Source: Heptranchias perlo
Lineage: Eukaryota
DNA length: 64,000 nt
Direction of reading: 5' to 3'
Assembly (NCBI RefSeq): GCF_035084215.1
Contig: NC_090352.1
Coordinates: forward strand, 9,610,001 to 9,674,000
How positions within the stretch are numbered: the stretch's first letter is position 1; each line of letters begins with the position of its first letter. Below, piece after piece: positions 34,601 to 44,647 of this stretch. The position numbers and the translations under genes are program-made. The notes below the pieces were generated by a model. That model saw only the letters and a list, made by a program, of their open reading frames with translations, had not been told where the DNA came from and ran no database searches.

Positions 34601-37279
34601 ACTCCACAGGCTTTAGGTGGGTCAGCGGCAGAAGCCCCAAGTGGGGGCATCTCAGCACTTATGCCGAGTTGCACGGCCTCCCCACTCCTGCAGATTTCTG
34701 GGGCCGAAATGTTTTTCAGAGATAGACACCACACGCTGCTATTTTGCACTGGGTAAGAATCCCTCGGCCCCTGCAGGGCTGGCTTTGACTCAGCCCCGTA
34801 ACAGTCTCCCAATTCAAGCATAATCTGACTCTATTCCCGTCTACTGTCATGTCTGTTGTGTGTGTCTTTGGGTTTTATTTTTTAGGTATGTCTCTCATGA
34901 TGCAGCTCGCAAGGGAACTGAAGACTATGGCCAAAGAATTGGGTGTCACTGTAATAGTGAGTACAGGAAACTGTTCCACAGAGAGTTCTGTGATCTGTTT
35001 ATTTATTTTTAAATAAATAGTTGGGCTGAATTTAACAGTACAAAGCATTACAAAGAGCTGTGATTATTTATTATTCTTAGGGTGCAGCGGTGATTTACCA
35101 GAATGAAAACAGGGATGAGGGACTTCAGTTGTCTGGAGAGATTGGAGAAACTGGGGTTGTTCTCCTTAGAACAGAGAAGGTTAAGGGGAGATTTGATAGA
35201 GGTGGTCAAAATCATGAAGGGTTTTGATAGAGTAAATAAGGAGAAACTGTTTTCAAAAGAACCAGAGGTGAGATGAGGAGCAATTGTTTTATGCAGCGAG
35301 TTGTTATGATAAAAATTAAGTCTTGAATTTATATCGTGCCTTTCGTGACCTCAGGATGAACCCAAAGCGCAATACAGTCAATGAAGTACTTTTGAAATGT
35401 AGTTACTGTTGTAATGTAGAAACACGGCATTGCCTGAAATGATGGTGGAAGCAGATTCAAGAGTAACTTTCAAAAGGGAATTGGATATATACTTGAAAAC
35501 TTGAGGTCATGAAAGGCGCTGTATAAATGCAAATCTTTTCTTTCTTTCTTTCCACTCTCGCCCAGTACTTTCCATTAGGAGCCAATGGATAAAAGTCAGG
35601 AGTGTTAGCTGACTTTTTTTTCTCTTCCTCCCCCTCCTCCCCACTCTTCCTAGTTCAGCGGGGGCTTAGATTAATAGGAACACCACATTACCACCTTAGA
35701 GATTACGTAACTCGGCATAAACCAGCACAGATTCTGGGTCTTCCAGTCTGAATGGCTCAGTGTCATTATCTACCCACTGAACCTTTGGCAGAGTTAACTG
35801 TTTAATTGTAAAATGAGCAGTAAAGAATGAACAAAATCCATGGAGAAAGGCGGACCGATTCCATTGACTGTTCTTACTTGTCAGGTGACAAACTGTGTCG
35901 TCCAGGACACCAGCGGAGGGGTGAAGCCAGCTCTGGGGCGCTCGTGGAGTTACGTCCCCAACATCCGCGTCCTCCTCCGGCACAGAACAGTAGGAGCGGG
36001 TTTGCACCCTACGAAGCACACTGCAACGATACTGAAATCATCCCGGCAGGTGGGTGGGCAGTGCCCGCTGTATGGAGACCCACAAGTGGCGTGCGGGTGG
36101 ACCATCCTACCTCCTCTGCCGGCTTCGCACCAATAGCACGGAGGATTGGCCCATAAGACACATTGCACTCTTTCTTTTTCTCTCTCTCCTTCTTATTCTT
36201 TCCCACACTGAGAAACTTTGGAACTCCTCATCGCTCCGTCTTTCCATTTTACAAGGTGGGCAAGTCGCTGATGACTACTGTTTAACTTCCTCCTACTCTT
36301 TCCAATCTGCACCGAGGGCCTTTGCCATTTGCCTCTGCTCCTCAATTTAAACCAAAAAACTGGAAGCAGGAGGAATAGGTGAAGGAAAAGAATCTGCCCT
36401 TGAGGAGCGTTTTCCTCATTGAGTAGTTTCGTGGACAGGAGGTACTTCCCTGGAACTGGTTTGGACACTGCTAACTATCTGTCGTCTTTTGATGGACACG
36501 TTTGTCCTGCAGAAGACACTATGAGATAGAGACTCTGAACCAGGGCTCCTGGTGCAGAGTTGGTGTCCCAAGTTCACCATCTGTACATGGTGCCAACACT
36601 GCAGATTAGTGAGATCTACCTCTGTTTCTATGGTGACAAAACTACCGCCATTTTATCCCTTCCTGTTTTACCCCCGTATAAATTTAATCTGGATGTGGAC
36701 AGACACAGTCATCGCTGTGATGATCACATTGTTACACAGGCTTCAATTTACACGTTTGAGGAGAAATGTCTTGGAGGGCACTCGACTGATACTAGGATGG
36801 CCTTGAGGGGAGGAGCTGACTCTTCTCTCGTACGAGGAGGGGCTTGGGGGAGTGACTCTTCCCTGATCCTAGTGTGAACTGCGGGGAGGGGAACGGTGAC
36901 TGCCTCCCTGATAATAGTATGGATCAGGTATCTTCGCACCATTCTCTTCTCCCCCCCCCCCCCCCCTCCCATTACTAACATGGCCTGGGGGTTACCTCTG
37001 CTCAGTACCTTCCGTCTATCCCTGTAGGGAAGCAGGTACCTCCCAAGGGAGCAGAGTCATGATTGGTAATTCTCCAGGTATATCCCTGCTCCTTGATCCA
37101 CTGCCAATCCCGTCCTCGCGCCTGTCTCAGAACCATTTCAAACCTTGATCTCATTTGTATGTATTTTTTTCCTTCAGCCTACCAGAGTTAGCGTAGAGTT
37201 TGACATCACTTCCTGCGGAACACTGGCCAACCGAGCTGCTTCCTCTCAACACGCTGCTGGTGACCTTGACGACACATAA
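16559..37279 (+). CDS. RAD51D: DNA repair protein RAD51 homolog 4 (RAD51D), complete 10-exon gene, 334 aa; join(16559..16640,23080..23141,25217..25335,27296..27377,29861..29995,30224..30319,32672..32762,34886..34956,35885..36049,37178..37279)
   Basis: Hand-spliced exons give [11 protein letters not shown]...[38 protein letters not shown]...GAPGSGKTQ (Walker A)...VLYIDSTGG...VVVDS (Walker B)...[12 protein letters not shown]. Exon sizes 82/62/119/82/135/96/91/71/165 match the mammalian RAD51D layout as I recall it. All introns are GT-AG with consistent phases. Confidence 0.96.
19333..19546 (+). pseudogene. Harbinger Myb/SANT-like DNA-binding protein, first exon remnant
   Basis: [19 protein letters not shown]..(frameshifts)..[13 protein letters not shown]...[11 protein letters not shown], the Trp/RF pattern of NAIF1/MSANTD-like domains; donor GAA|gtgagt. 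Confidence 0.78.
19966..20558 (-). pseudogene. Harbinger (HARBI1-like) transposase N-terminal remnant, no DDE core visible
   Basis: [20 protein letters not shown]...ICSLL...[33 protein letters not shown] matches the HARBI1-like HTH region; degenerates afterwards. Confidence 0.82.
22358..22657. repeat. Minisatellite, 34-bp unit (TAGTGGGTAATGCAGTGATATCCTCCTGTTCCAT), about 9 copies
   Basis: TCCTGTTCCA at 22381 and 22415. Confidence 0.9.
23080..23141 (+). CDS. RAD51D: RAD51D exon 2 ([21 protein letters not shown])
   Basis: Acceptor tttttcag|, donor AAG|gtaatg; 62 nt. Confidence 0.93.
23520..23730. mobile_element. Short palindromic Penelope-like retroelement insertion with 13-bp TSD
   Basis: About 85-bp inverted arms (23518-23602 / 23609-23693) plus a unique tail; TSD GGACATTAGTGAA at 23507-23519 and 23731-23743; contains a hammerhead core. 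Confidence 0.75.
23604..23640 (+). ncRNA. Minimal type I hammerhead ribozyme motif
   Basis: tcac-CTGACGA-a-GGAGA-taa-TCTCC-GAAA-GC-TT-gtga: core CUGANGA and GAAA, stem II GGAGA/TCTCC, stem I TCAC/GTGA, self-complementary AAGCTT in place of stem III. Confidence 0.65.
24360..25090 (-). mobile_element. LINE 3' fragment, same family as 12298-14070
   Basis: Near-identical to 12310-13060. Confidence 0.88.
25217..25335 (+). CDS. RAD51D: RAD51D exon 3 ([39 protein letters not shown])
   Basis: Acceptor tttacag|, donor AA|gtaggt; 119 nt; not in ORF track. Confidence 0.93.
26440..26640. repeat. Minisatellite, 36-37-bp unit (TATTCCCCATTAACAGGG...), about 5 copies
   Basis: ATTCCCCATTAA at 26463, 26499, 26536, 26572, 26609. 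Confidence 0.85.
27296..27377 (+). CDS. RAD51D: RAD51D exon 4 ([27 protein letters not shown], Walker A)
   Basis: Acceptor ttctgcag|, donor CAG|gtaaga; 82 nt; P-loop. Confidence 0.95.
27776..28305 (+). mobile_element. CR1 LINE 3' fragment
   Basis: [35 protein letters not shown] plus CR1 3'UTR. Confidence 0.85.
29861..29995 (+). CDS. RAD51D: RAD51D exon 5 ([25 protein letters not shown]...)
   Basis: Acceptor gttaaag|, donor CAG|gtaggg; 135 nt. Confidence 0.93.
30224..30319 (+). CDS. RAD51D: RAD51D exon 6 ([32 protein letters not shown])
   Basis: Acceptor tttcacag|, donor CAG|gtagga; 96 nt. Confidence 0.93.
30471..32521. repeat. About 2-kb polypyrimidine/polypurine tract (approx. 21-bp unit CCCCCCTTTCCTTTCCTCCTT) in RAD51D intron 6
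   Basis: Almost pure C/T on +; explains the P/F/S-rich and G/K/R/E-rich pseudo-ORFs. Confidence 0.97.
32672..32762 (+). CDS. RAD51D: RAD51D exon 7 ([30 protein letters not shown], Walker B)
   Basis: Acceptor ttccgcag|, donor AAG|gtgaga; 91 nt. Confidence 0.93.
32990..33460 (+). mobile_element. CR1 LINE 3' fragment
   Basis: [23 protein letters not shown] plus 3'UTR. Confidence 0.83.
33782..34144. mobile_element. Non-autonomous DNA transposon (MITE), hAT-like TIRs TAGGGTTGCCAAC
   Basis: 13-bp perfect TIRs at 33782-33794 and 34132-34144; TSD degraded; related partial copy at about 17175-17250. Confidence 0.7.
34886..34956 (+). CDS. RAD51D: RAD51D exon 8 ([24 protein letters not shown])
   Basis: Acceptor ttttttag|, donor ATA|gtgagt; 71 nt. 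Confidence 0.93.
35885..36049 (+). CDS. RAD51D: RAD51D exon 9 ([28 protein letters not shown]...KSSRQ)
   Basis: Acceptor ttgtcag|, donor CAG|gtgggt; 165 nt. Confidence 0.93.
37178..37279 (+). CDS. RAD51D: RAD51D exon 10 ([14 protein letters not shown]...DDT*)
   Basis: Acceptor tttccttcag|; TAA at 37277-37279. Confidence 0.88.
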   Translation, partial: PTRVSVEFDITSCGTLANRAASSQHAAGDLDDT

Positions 37280-37283
37280 TAAA
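37278..37283 (+). terminator. Candidate poly(A) signal AATAAA overlapping the RAD51D stop codon (second AATAAA at 37841-37846)
   Basis: ACA TAA TAAA sequence seen directly; usage unknown. Confidence 0.4.
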
Positions 37284-38824
37284 GCCTGGCTGGACTCTGT
37301 AGATATAGAACTATGTGTAAACATTTGTAGTACAATGAATGTATTGAGAAAATAAGATCAGTTTGATAAGTTCGGGGCCTCTTTCTCCCCTCTCCTCCTG
37401 AAGACTGGATGCAGTTGTTTGGGGAGCCTTATCCTGGCACATTTTGGAAGATCAAAAGACCTCTTGCCCCATCTGCTCCCCTGTGCACTGCAGGCTGTTG
37501 TGAGATTCACAGTGCCTATCGCTTCCTCCCGGGCCCTCAGCCTTCCTCTCCTGGGGGGGGGGGCTGGGATACTGAACAGAGCAACTCTCTTTTGGAGCAC
37601 CTCCTTCAGCTGGAGCTGTGGCCATGTTAATGATGTCAGACAATACAATAGCAACAAAAGAATTTTGCACTGATTTATGAATGATGGGAGTGTTATACCA
37701 TGTAATGCAGAATATATTCTATTCAGGTGAGCCACGTCCCTTTAAGGCTATAAAGTCTAATTGTTAAGTGGGTATAACAATACTGTCTTGTACTTTGCAG
37801 TACCTGCCTAATATCACTGTTTCTGTATAACTAAAGTGTAAATAAATGTAATTAGTAATTTTAGCCTGCGTAGTCGGGTACTGAATGTGCTTTCCACATT
37901 TGAATTGAAAGGAAGCCCTACACAAATCCCAATGCTCGGGGTACTGCAAAATGGGGCCATTGTTAGAAAAGGGGTACGGAACCGGAGACATCTACTCCCC
38001 AGCTCACAAGGGGCTCATCTGGTCTAACCACTGAGGGGATAACGGTGGTTAAAAGCCCCAAACTGTAAAACAGTGTGAGAAACTGCTCTTCCTGCAACAG
38101 CCACGAGATGGAGTCTGGACTCAATTTTTAAAAAATGGATTTTAAAATTATAGTTTGAAAAATGTCATTTCAGACACAGGATGGGAAGAGGACATTTTAG
38201 GCAATGATAGTGTGTGGAAAATTCACTCCTCCTGTTGACGGGCCTGTATTTCACTTTCACTGTGATTCTTACAGGGGTTGTATCCAGACTTTAGCTGAGT
38301 CGGCACCTAGCAAACCACACACCAGTGTAATTCAGAAGAAGCCTGGTGTGAGATTCCACTGGGAAGATGCTCTTACTGACTGTGTGCTTTGACCCGAGGC
38401 ACTTTGTTCCATCTCCTTGATGGCACAGGACACTCCATGCATACTTTGCCCATAATCCTACACCCCCATCTTCCCTCCTTCATTGAGGCTCCTGAAATGT
38501 TAGGCCCAGTATCTGCCCTCACTGCCCAGTGTTTGCCTCTTATGTTCCCAAAAATATACTGACCCATTACTGTAAGTGTTGTACATTATTTCAAATCCTG
38601 TCTTTTGTAAATATTGATCCTCTGCTAAAATACACCATTAAGTTAACCATTGATCATCTCATCTCAGCTTCCTATCTGGGCCCGTGTCTCGGTCTGTCAG
38701 TGAGCACGTGGTACTTCACTAAACTATGGATCAGCATTTTCTTAGAGGTGACTTGTTTCCTTCTCACTACAGTGATGTCAATTAAAAATGTGTCGCACAC
38801 AGACTAGAAGGTCCTTGCTTCAAG

Positions 38825-39181
38825 ATGCCAGCCTTGGCACTCTCACCTCCGAGTCAGAAGGTTGTGGGTTCAAACCCCACTCCAGAGACTTGAAGCAGAA
38901 AATACAGGCTGACACTCGCAGTGCAGTACTGAGGGAGTGCTGCACTGTCGGAGGTGCCGTCTTTCCGGTCTGCCTTCTCAGGTGGATGTAAAGGATCCCA
39001 CGACACTATCCTGGCCAATATTTATCCCTCAACCAACATCACTAAAACAGATTACCTGGTCATTATCTCATTGCTGTTTGTGGGACCTTGCTGTGAGCAA
39101 AGTGACTGCAGTGACTACACTTCAATAGCTGTAAAGTGCTTGGGACATCATGAGGTTGTGAAAGGCGCTATATAAATGCAA
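38825..39181 (+). mobile_element. tRNA-derived SINE, same family as 5402-5868
   Basis: GAGTCAGAAGGTTGTGGGTTCAAACCC head; AAAGGCGCTATATAAATGCAA tail. Confidence 0.75.
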
Positions 39182-42100
39182 TTCCTTCCTCCCCTCTCCC
39201 AATCCTGGCTGGATTGGCCAGGTTAAGGTCAGATCAGGGGGGGTAGGATCATGGCAAGTTCTGGGCTAGAATTTTCCAATTCTGTGCTCATGTTCACCAG
39301 CTTATGATTTGTTGCAGGTTCATTTTAAAGGGCAGAAATTTGCAAGCGGCTGAGTGGAAAATCCCAACCTTGCAATTTGCTTTGTCGCTGATGACAATTC
39401 AGTAAAAACTCTAACAGCGTAACTCCCACTTCCATATCACTAACAGAGCAGCTAAGGTGATCCGGGGGGGGTACTTTTACACCAGTAGCACAGTTGGAAT
39501 GTGACCTTTTTGTGCCCACTTTAGGAAATTCAGGATAAGTCACGAACTGGATTATCTGATCAAAATCAGGCGGGTGCCAATCCCACCTTCTCAGCTGGGT
39601 CCAGGGAAGTCCTGTAACTTGAAGCTACCTCCCATTTTGTTAGGGATAAACAAACGATGCTTCAACAAATTAAGCAAAACAAGGCTGGAACCTTACAAAC
39701 AGATTACTGGTCATCAAAAATTATAGTCTGCTGCAAGCTGCTTTTATTCCTTCTTCCGTTCCACACTGACTCATGATGGTGTACTGCCCTCCAGTATCTT
39801 GCTCAAGTAGCCAAAAACCTTGATAGTGCGTATTTGCAGGTTGTTTGACCATGGAGGATACAATCCCATTCTCCCCCAATATTCACGTGCACTTTCTTGC
39901 AGGGATATCTGGATAGAATGGGAATAGAAACTAGGGCCTTTTGGTGTAGCCCAGAGAATCCACAGGGTGTGATCCCATCAGTTGAGCTGGGATTGTGCCT
40001 GCCATGGAACTTTGCTGCTGACCCCCACTAAAGATTTCCGGGTCATTGTAGGAGCCTCCAAGAGCAGGCCATCGATGGTTTGGTGGCCTCCATCTGCTGA
40101 AAGCCCCAGAACCACTGGCCAGCCTGGGGGGGAGGGGGTACTGGGACCCCTCAACCCCCGAAAGTCATCTTGCTACTCCCGTGACCACCTTACACATGGG
40201 ACTGCTTTCAACAGTGAAAACAAAATTGCAGCCCCCTCCCCCACCCCCCGATCTCAGCCTGGACCCACAATTTGGCCCTGCCTCCACCAGTTATGGTGAG
40301 CTGAAACCAATGGTACCTGTGCCGATATCACACCAATTCCCAACTAAGGGCTGGAGCATAGGCAATCCTGACCGAGGGAGTCCTGGCCCCACCTCTCCCT
40401 TAGATCTATGGCCTCATAGGTGCAGGTGGGGGCGACTCAGCCCCCACAACACAATACCTGAAACTCTAGCCTTATGGCCAGCATACAACGTATCCAGGTA
40501 GTGACCGAGTTTGCAGCCTTTCTGCCAGACACCCGCCAAATTTATAGCAGGAGTCCACCAGAGCGGCGAGCAATTTCAGGGCCGGAGTCTTTATACCCTA
40601 GACCACCCTAGGACTTCATCTCTAACCCAACCAATACAGCAGTCTCTTAACAGGCAGCTTGATCCATGTGGTCTCTGATGTTATTCTTTCGTTAACAGCC
40701 AGGAGGTAAACGAGAGCAGGAATAGGTCCCAGGTTCCCCACCAAGCTCCCTGCATAGATAGCAGTGTCCCTCCTTTGCCCTGGGGAAGAACGTCACGTCG
40801 GCAACTCCCCCAACAACGTGGAGCAGTTCAGAAAGTCCTCCCTCTGTAGGGAGCCACAGGGGTTGGAAGATATTTGATCTGTTCTATCTTGGACATAGAA
40901 AGTGTTTTGTTGAAACTCGCAGTATTTGATGTAGAGAGGATATCAGAAGTCACATAATCACAGCTCCGTCCCACCTCCCCCTGTGTAGATTGATTAATGA
41001 TTAGTATTTTAACAGCAAAACAAACATCAAATAAAACATTCCCGAAAATAACTCGCATTAGATCAGAAAACCTGCCTCCAGCCTGGTCAAACTGCAATCA
41101 TTAACCAACAGGAACTGTATGGAACGGGTCGTATTCTAGAAATCGGAGTTTCGAGTCATTTCTTTCTGCTGATGGCTCTCCAATTAAAAATGGACTTTAG
41201 CTGGGCCAGGCTGCCTGGAATGGATATGGCATTTATTCTTTTAATAACTATGAGAGTCTTGCCTGCTGTGATATGTGGTACAGTGCTTCCTTTCCTAAAT
41301 TATGTGATATATTTATATTAATTATTTATTTAAGTTATTGGTGCAGTTGTTGTACATTTTTCTTATATTTTATGGGTTTTTTCTCATATGGCATTTGCAG
41401 GAGCATACATGATACATCGGGGCTGTTAGCTTGACTGTACCTAATGGGATAGTAATGTTACACTGTTCAGGATTAGGGTCTTTTGTTGGCAGTGATTGGA
41501 GCAGGGAAACTGGGCGGAGGCGTACAGCAGCTACCTAGACTTTTGAGGGCACGTTGGGTTGACTCATTATTCTTATGGTCTGTGCTGTAAGCAGGGTTTC
41601 TTCAGAGTCACGACGGCTCCAAGGTAACACACCTGGTAATGAAAGTTCGGAACCAAGTCAACTCTCCATGTGAATCAGATAGGGCCACAGTACATCAGGG
41701 CACTGCTGGTAATTGAACAGCAAGTCCAGCTCACTAATGGAACCTGGAGGGGTTAGGGGTTGACCTGTCACTGGGGGCAGGGATTCTTCCCATTCAGCTC
41801 TAGATAACCCTGCAAGGCTCCACCATAACAGATAGAGTGATCCTGGCTGGTCAAGCAGTGGAGAGTACACAGTACTCTGTATTGTAAGCTGCATGGTTTT
41901 AGCTGGTTAAATTCCAGCAGTACCCCCTGTGCACACTAAGCCTCGGCTCTGCAAACCTACACCTAAGCTGCCTGGACTTAGTTAAGTGTGGTATGTTCCA
42001 GTGGGAGTGAATGGGCGCTCTTTATTGGGAAAAACAGAAATTCTACAGGTAAACATTTCTCAGTAGCTTGCCTCGGAGACTCTTTAAACATAGCGATGGG

Positions 42101-42769
42101 ATCCTTTGCAAGCCAGACATCTGACTGACCAAAGAAATTTGTGGTCAGGATGTGATCTTGTCTTTCCTTGCCCATCAGCCCTCTCCCAATGGGTGTTGAA
42201 GAGTTTGACCTTTTTTGGCGTCATGTTGTTTCCTTCTCCTGGCAAGAGAGGGAGGCATTGCAATCCACTCACACTGGTCTGGTAATAAAATCTGGTAAAG
42301 GCAATACCAATTACCGACTACTTGTAACTGATATCAGGACAGACTGATTGCTAGTTGTAATTAATCATGTGTCAGGACACAGACTGAGAAAATAAATAAA
42401 TCAGCCTAACAAGAAGAAAGATCAAAGCCCAGAAATTACTGTTGGTGATATTTATGGACGGACACTGAACACGTTTGTATGACATTCCTCTGTCCACTAC
42501 TTAAAGGAGGTATTAACCCATTTAAAATGAGTGAATTAACATCTCTTATGAGCATATGAAAAGAAGAGTGCAATAAGACCATCAAGCCCATCCCCCATCC
42601 AAACAAGGTGTAACCAAGTACACCTAGCCACTCGGTCTCCTGGGAGCGAGAAGAAAAAGAGAGGCCAATTCAAGAAAAACTGGGAAATTCCTCTTCAGTT
42701 TTCTAAGGCAAATGTGGAGCCCATAACTCCTTGTAATCCGAGCCAACCACTAATTACCCTGTAGAATCA

Positions 42770-43480
42770 AAGAATCATACAGCATGGAAGGAAGCCTGAG
42801 TCGGTTCTTTCAAAGAGATATCCAATTAGTCCCACTCCCCCGCTCTTTCCCCATAGCCCTGCAAATTTTTCCTTTTCAAGTGTTTTTCCAATTATATATG
42901 GAATTATCCAACTATAAATGGAAATGTCCTCTTCTCTCAGGAACTTGTCAAGGTTCCTTTTAAAGAACTGCACCAAATGTCTTGATAATCTGTTCCAGAG
43001 GACAATGACAATAGATATTTCCTGGCATGTGACCTAACTCTTTGTCTATAGATTTCACATATATGCCCTCTGGTCTCACCATCCTTATCCATTTCAAGTA
43101 ACCTATCCAACCTGGCTGTAACCAATTTCCTCATTTCAAAATTTCAATTATATCCCCCACTTCAAGCCTGCTTTTCTCTAAAATAAGCCTAACTATTGGG
43201 GGCCTATCCTCATAACTAGGAGTTCCAAGGCTCATTTCAGTCTCATTCCTTTACACCTTCTGCAGACCCTCGACATCTCCCGCTATGTGTGGATCCAAAA
43301 CTGGATACAGCACTCTAATTATTGGTGTACCAAAGACTCCTATAGCCTAAGTACAATGCTTTATGTATTGCACATGATTTTCCTAGTAGTGCAGCCTAAA
43401 ACCTTCTTTCCTTTCTTGATGGCCACCTTACACTGCTTGTGCATCTTTAACAAGTTAGCAACCATTAACCCCTGGGCTCT
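42770..43480 (-). mobile_element. Old CR1 LINE 3' fragment
   Basis: TRGH, FKRNLDKFL motifs and CR1-like 3'UTR. Confidence 0.65.
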
Positions 43481-43499
43481 TTTTGATATCTTACCGCCA

Positions 43500-44183
43500 G
43501 CAGTGCAAAAGACAATGTTAAGCATTGGCAACCATCTTCAGCCAGAAGTGCCGAGTGGATGATCCTTCTCGGTCTCCTCCTGAGTTTCCCACCTTCACAG
43601 ATGTCAGTTTTCAGCCAATTCGATTCACTCCACATGATATCAAGAAATGGCTGAGTGCAGTGGACACAGCAAAGTCTACGGGCCCAGACAACATCCCTGT
43701 TGCAGCACTGAAGACCTGTGCTCCAGAACTAGCTGTGCCTCTAGCCGAGCTGTTCCAATACGGCAACAACACTGGCATCTACCCGGCAAAGTGGAAAATT
43801 GCCCAGGTATGTCCTGTCCACAAAAAGCAGGACAAATCCAACCTGGCCAATTATCACCTACCAGCCTACTCTTAATTGTCAGCAAAGTGATGGAGGGAGT
43901 TAGTAGTGCTATCAAGCGACATTTACTCACCAATAACCTGCTCACAGATGCTCAGTTTGGGTTCTGCCAGGACCACTTGGCCCCAGACCTCATTACAGCC
44001 TTGGTCCAAACATGGACACAATCCTGGAACTCCCTATCCACCAGCACTGTGGGAGCACCTTCATCACATGAACTGCAGCGCAAGATGAAAGCTCACCACC
44101 ACCTTCTCAAGGGCAACTAGGGATGGGCAATAAATGCTGATCTTGCCAGCGATGCCCATATCCCAAATATGAATTTTAAAAAA
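43500..44183 (+). mobile_element. LINE RT fragment fused to 3' end, same family as 12298-14070
   Basis: GPDNIP, WKIAQVCPVHKKQDKSN, QFGF, then HHHLLKGN tail; internal deletion. Confidence 0.87.
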
Positions 44184-44469
44184 GCAGATGTCCCTCTAAT
44201 GGTATAAACATACCTGGAATTTTCCATTCCCAAGAGACAGGAAGGTCATGTGAGTGTGTTAACTGTTCACTAATATCACTAACAGTGACTTTTAGACTTA
44301 TGAGCCTAAGTACTTTACAGGTATTTAAATTGAGTTGCTTGGTTGACAGGTGAGGGTGTCTGATCTAATTGGGTTGGATTTTTTTCCTCTTATTAGCAAG
44401 CTTAGGTGAAGGGCCAAGACCCAGACAGCAGGACGCCACAGAGGTTGAAAAGAATCGGAGAGTAGATTA

Positions 44470-44520
44470 GATAAATCAATGAGCAGTGTCCCCTGACGTC
44501 AAGCTTGGATTTAAAAGGCT
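44470..44520 (+). promoter_or_regulatory. Candidate core promoter of the Bf/C2-like gene (HNF6/Onecut-like AAATCAAT, perfect CRE TGACGTCA, TATA-like TTTAAAA)
   Basis: AAATCAAT 44473-44480, TGACGTCA 44494-44501, TTTAAAA 44510-44516, all just upstream of the signal-like exon. Confidence 0.45.
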
Positions 44521-44581
44521 GTAGGGGGAAATGTAGAATGAGGCAGGTAAGGAGTTTCACAGTTTTGGATCTTATAATCAG

Positions 44582-44647
44582 TCTGGTTCCTGAATTTGAC
44601 CTGTGTTGTGTTTGGATCTTTGAATCTCATCTATCTCTCACTTGCAG
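44582..44647 (+). CDS. Bf/C2-like putative signal-peptide exon ([21 protein letters not shown]), start codon unresolved
   Basis: Hydrophobic stretch ending GCA G|gtgagc, phase 1, matching the CCP1 exon. No in-frame ATG, and an in-frame TAA lies just upstream. Confidence 0.5.

Noticed and set aside
37400-42500. Search for RFFL or another gene between RAD51D and the complement gene
   Set aside because: No recognisable coding exons; the short ORFs have no motif support.
44538-44647. ATG at 44538 as the start of the Bf/C2-like gene
   Set aside because: Its frame ends in phase 2 at the 44648 donor (phase 0 at the 44547 donor), whereas the CCP1 exon needs phase 1.
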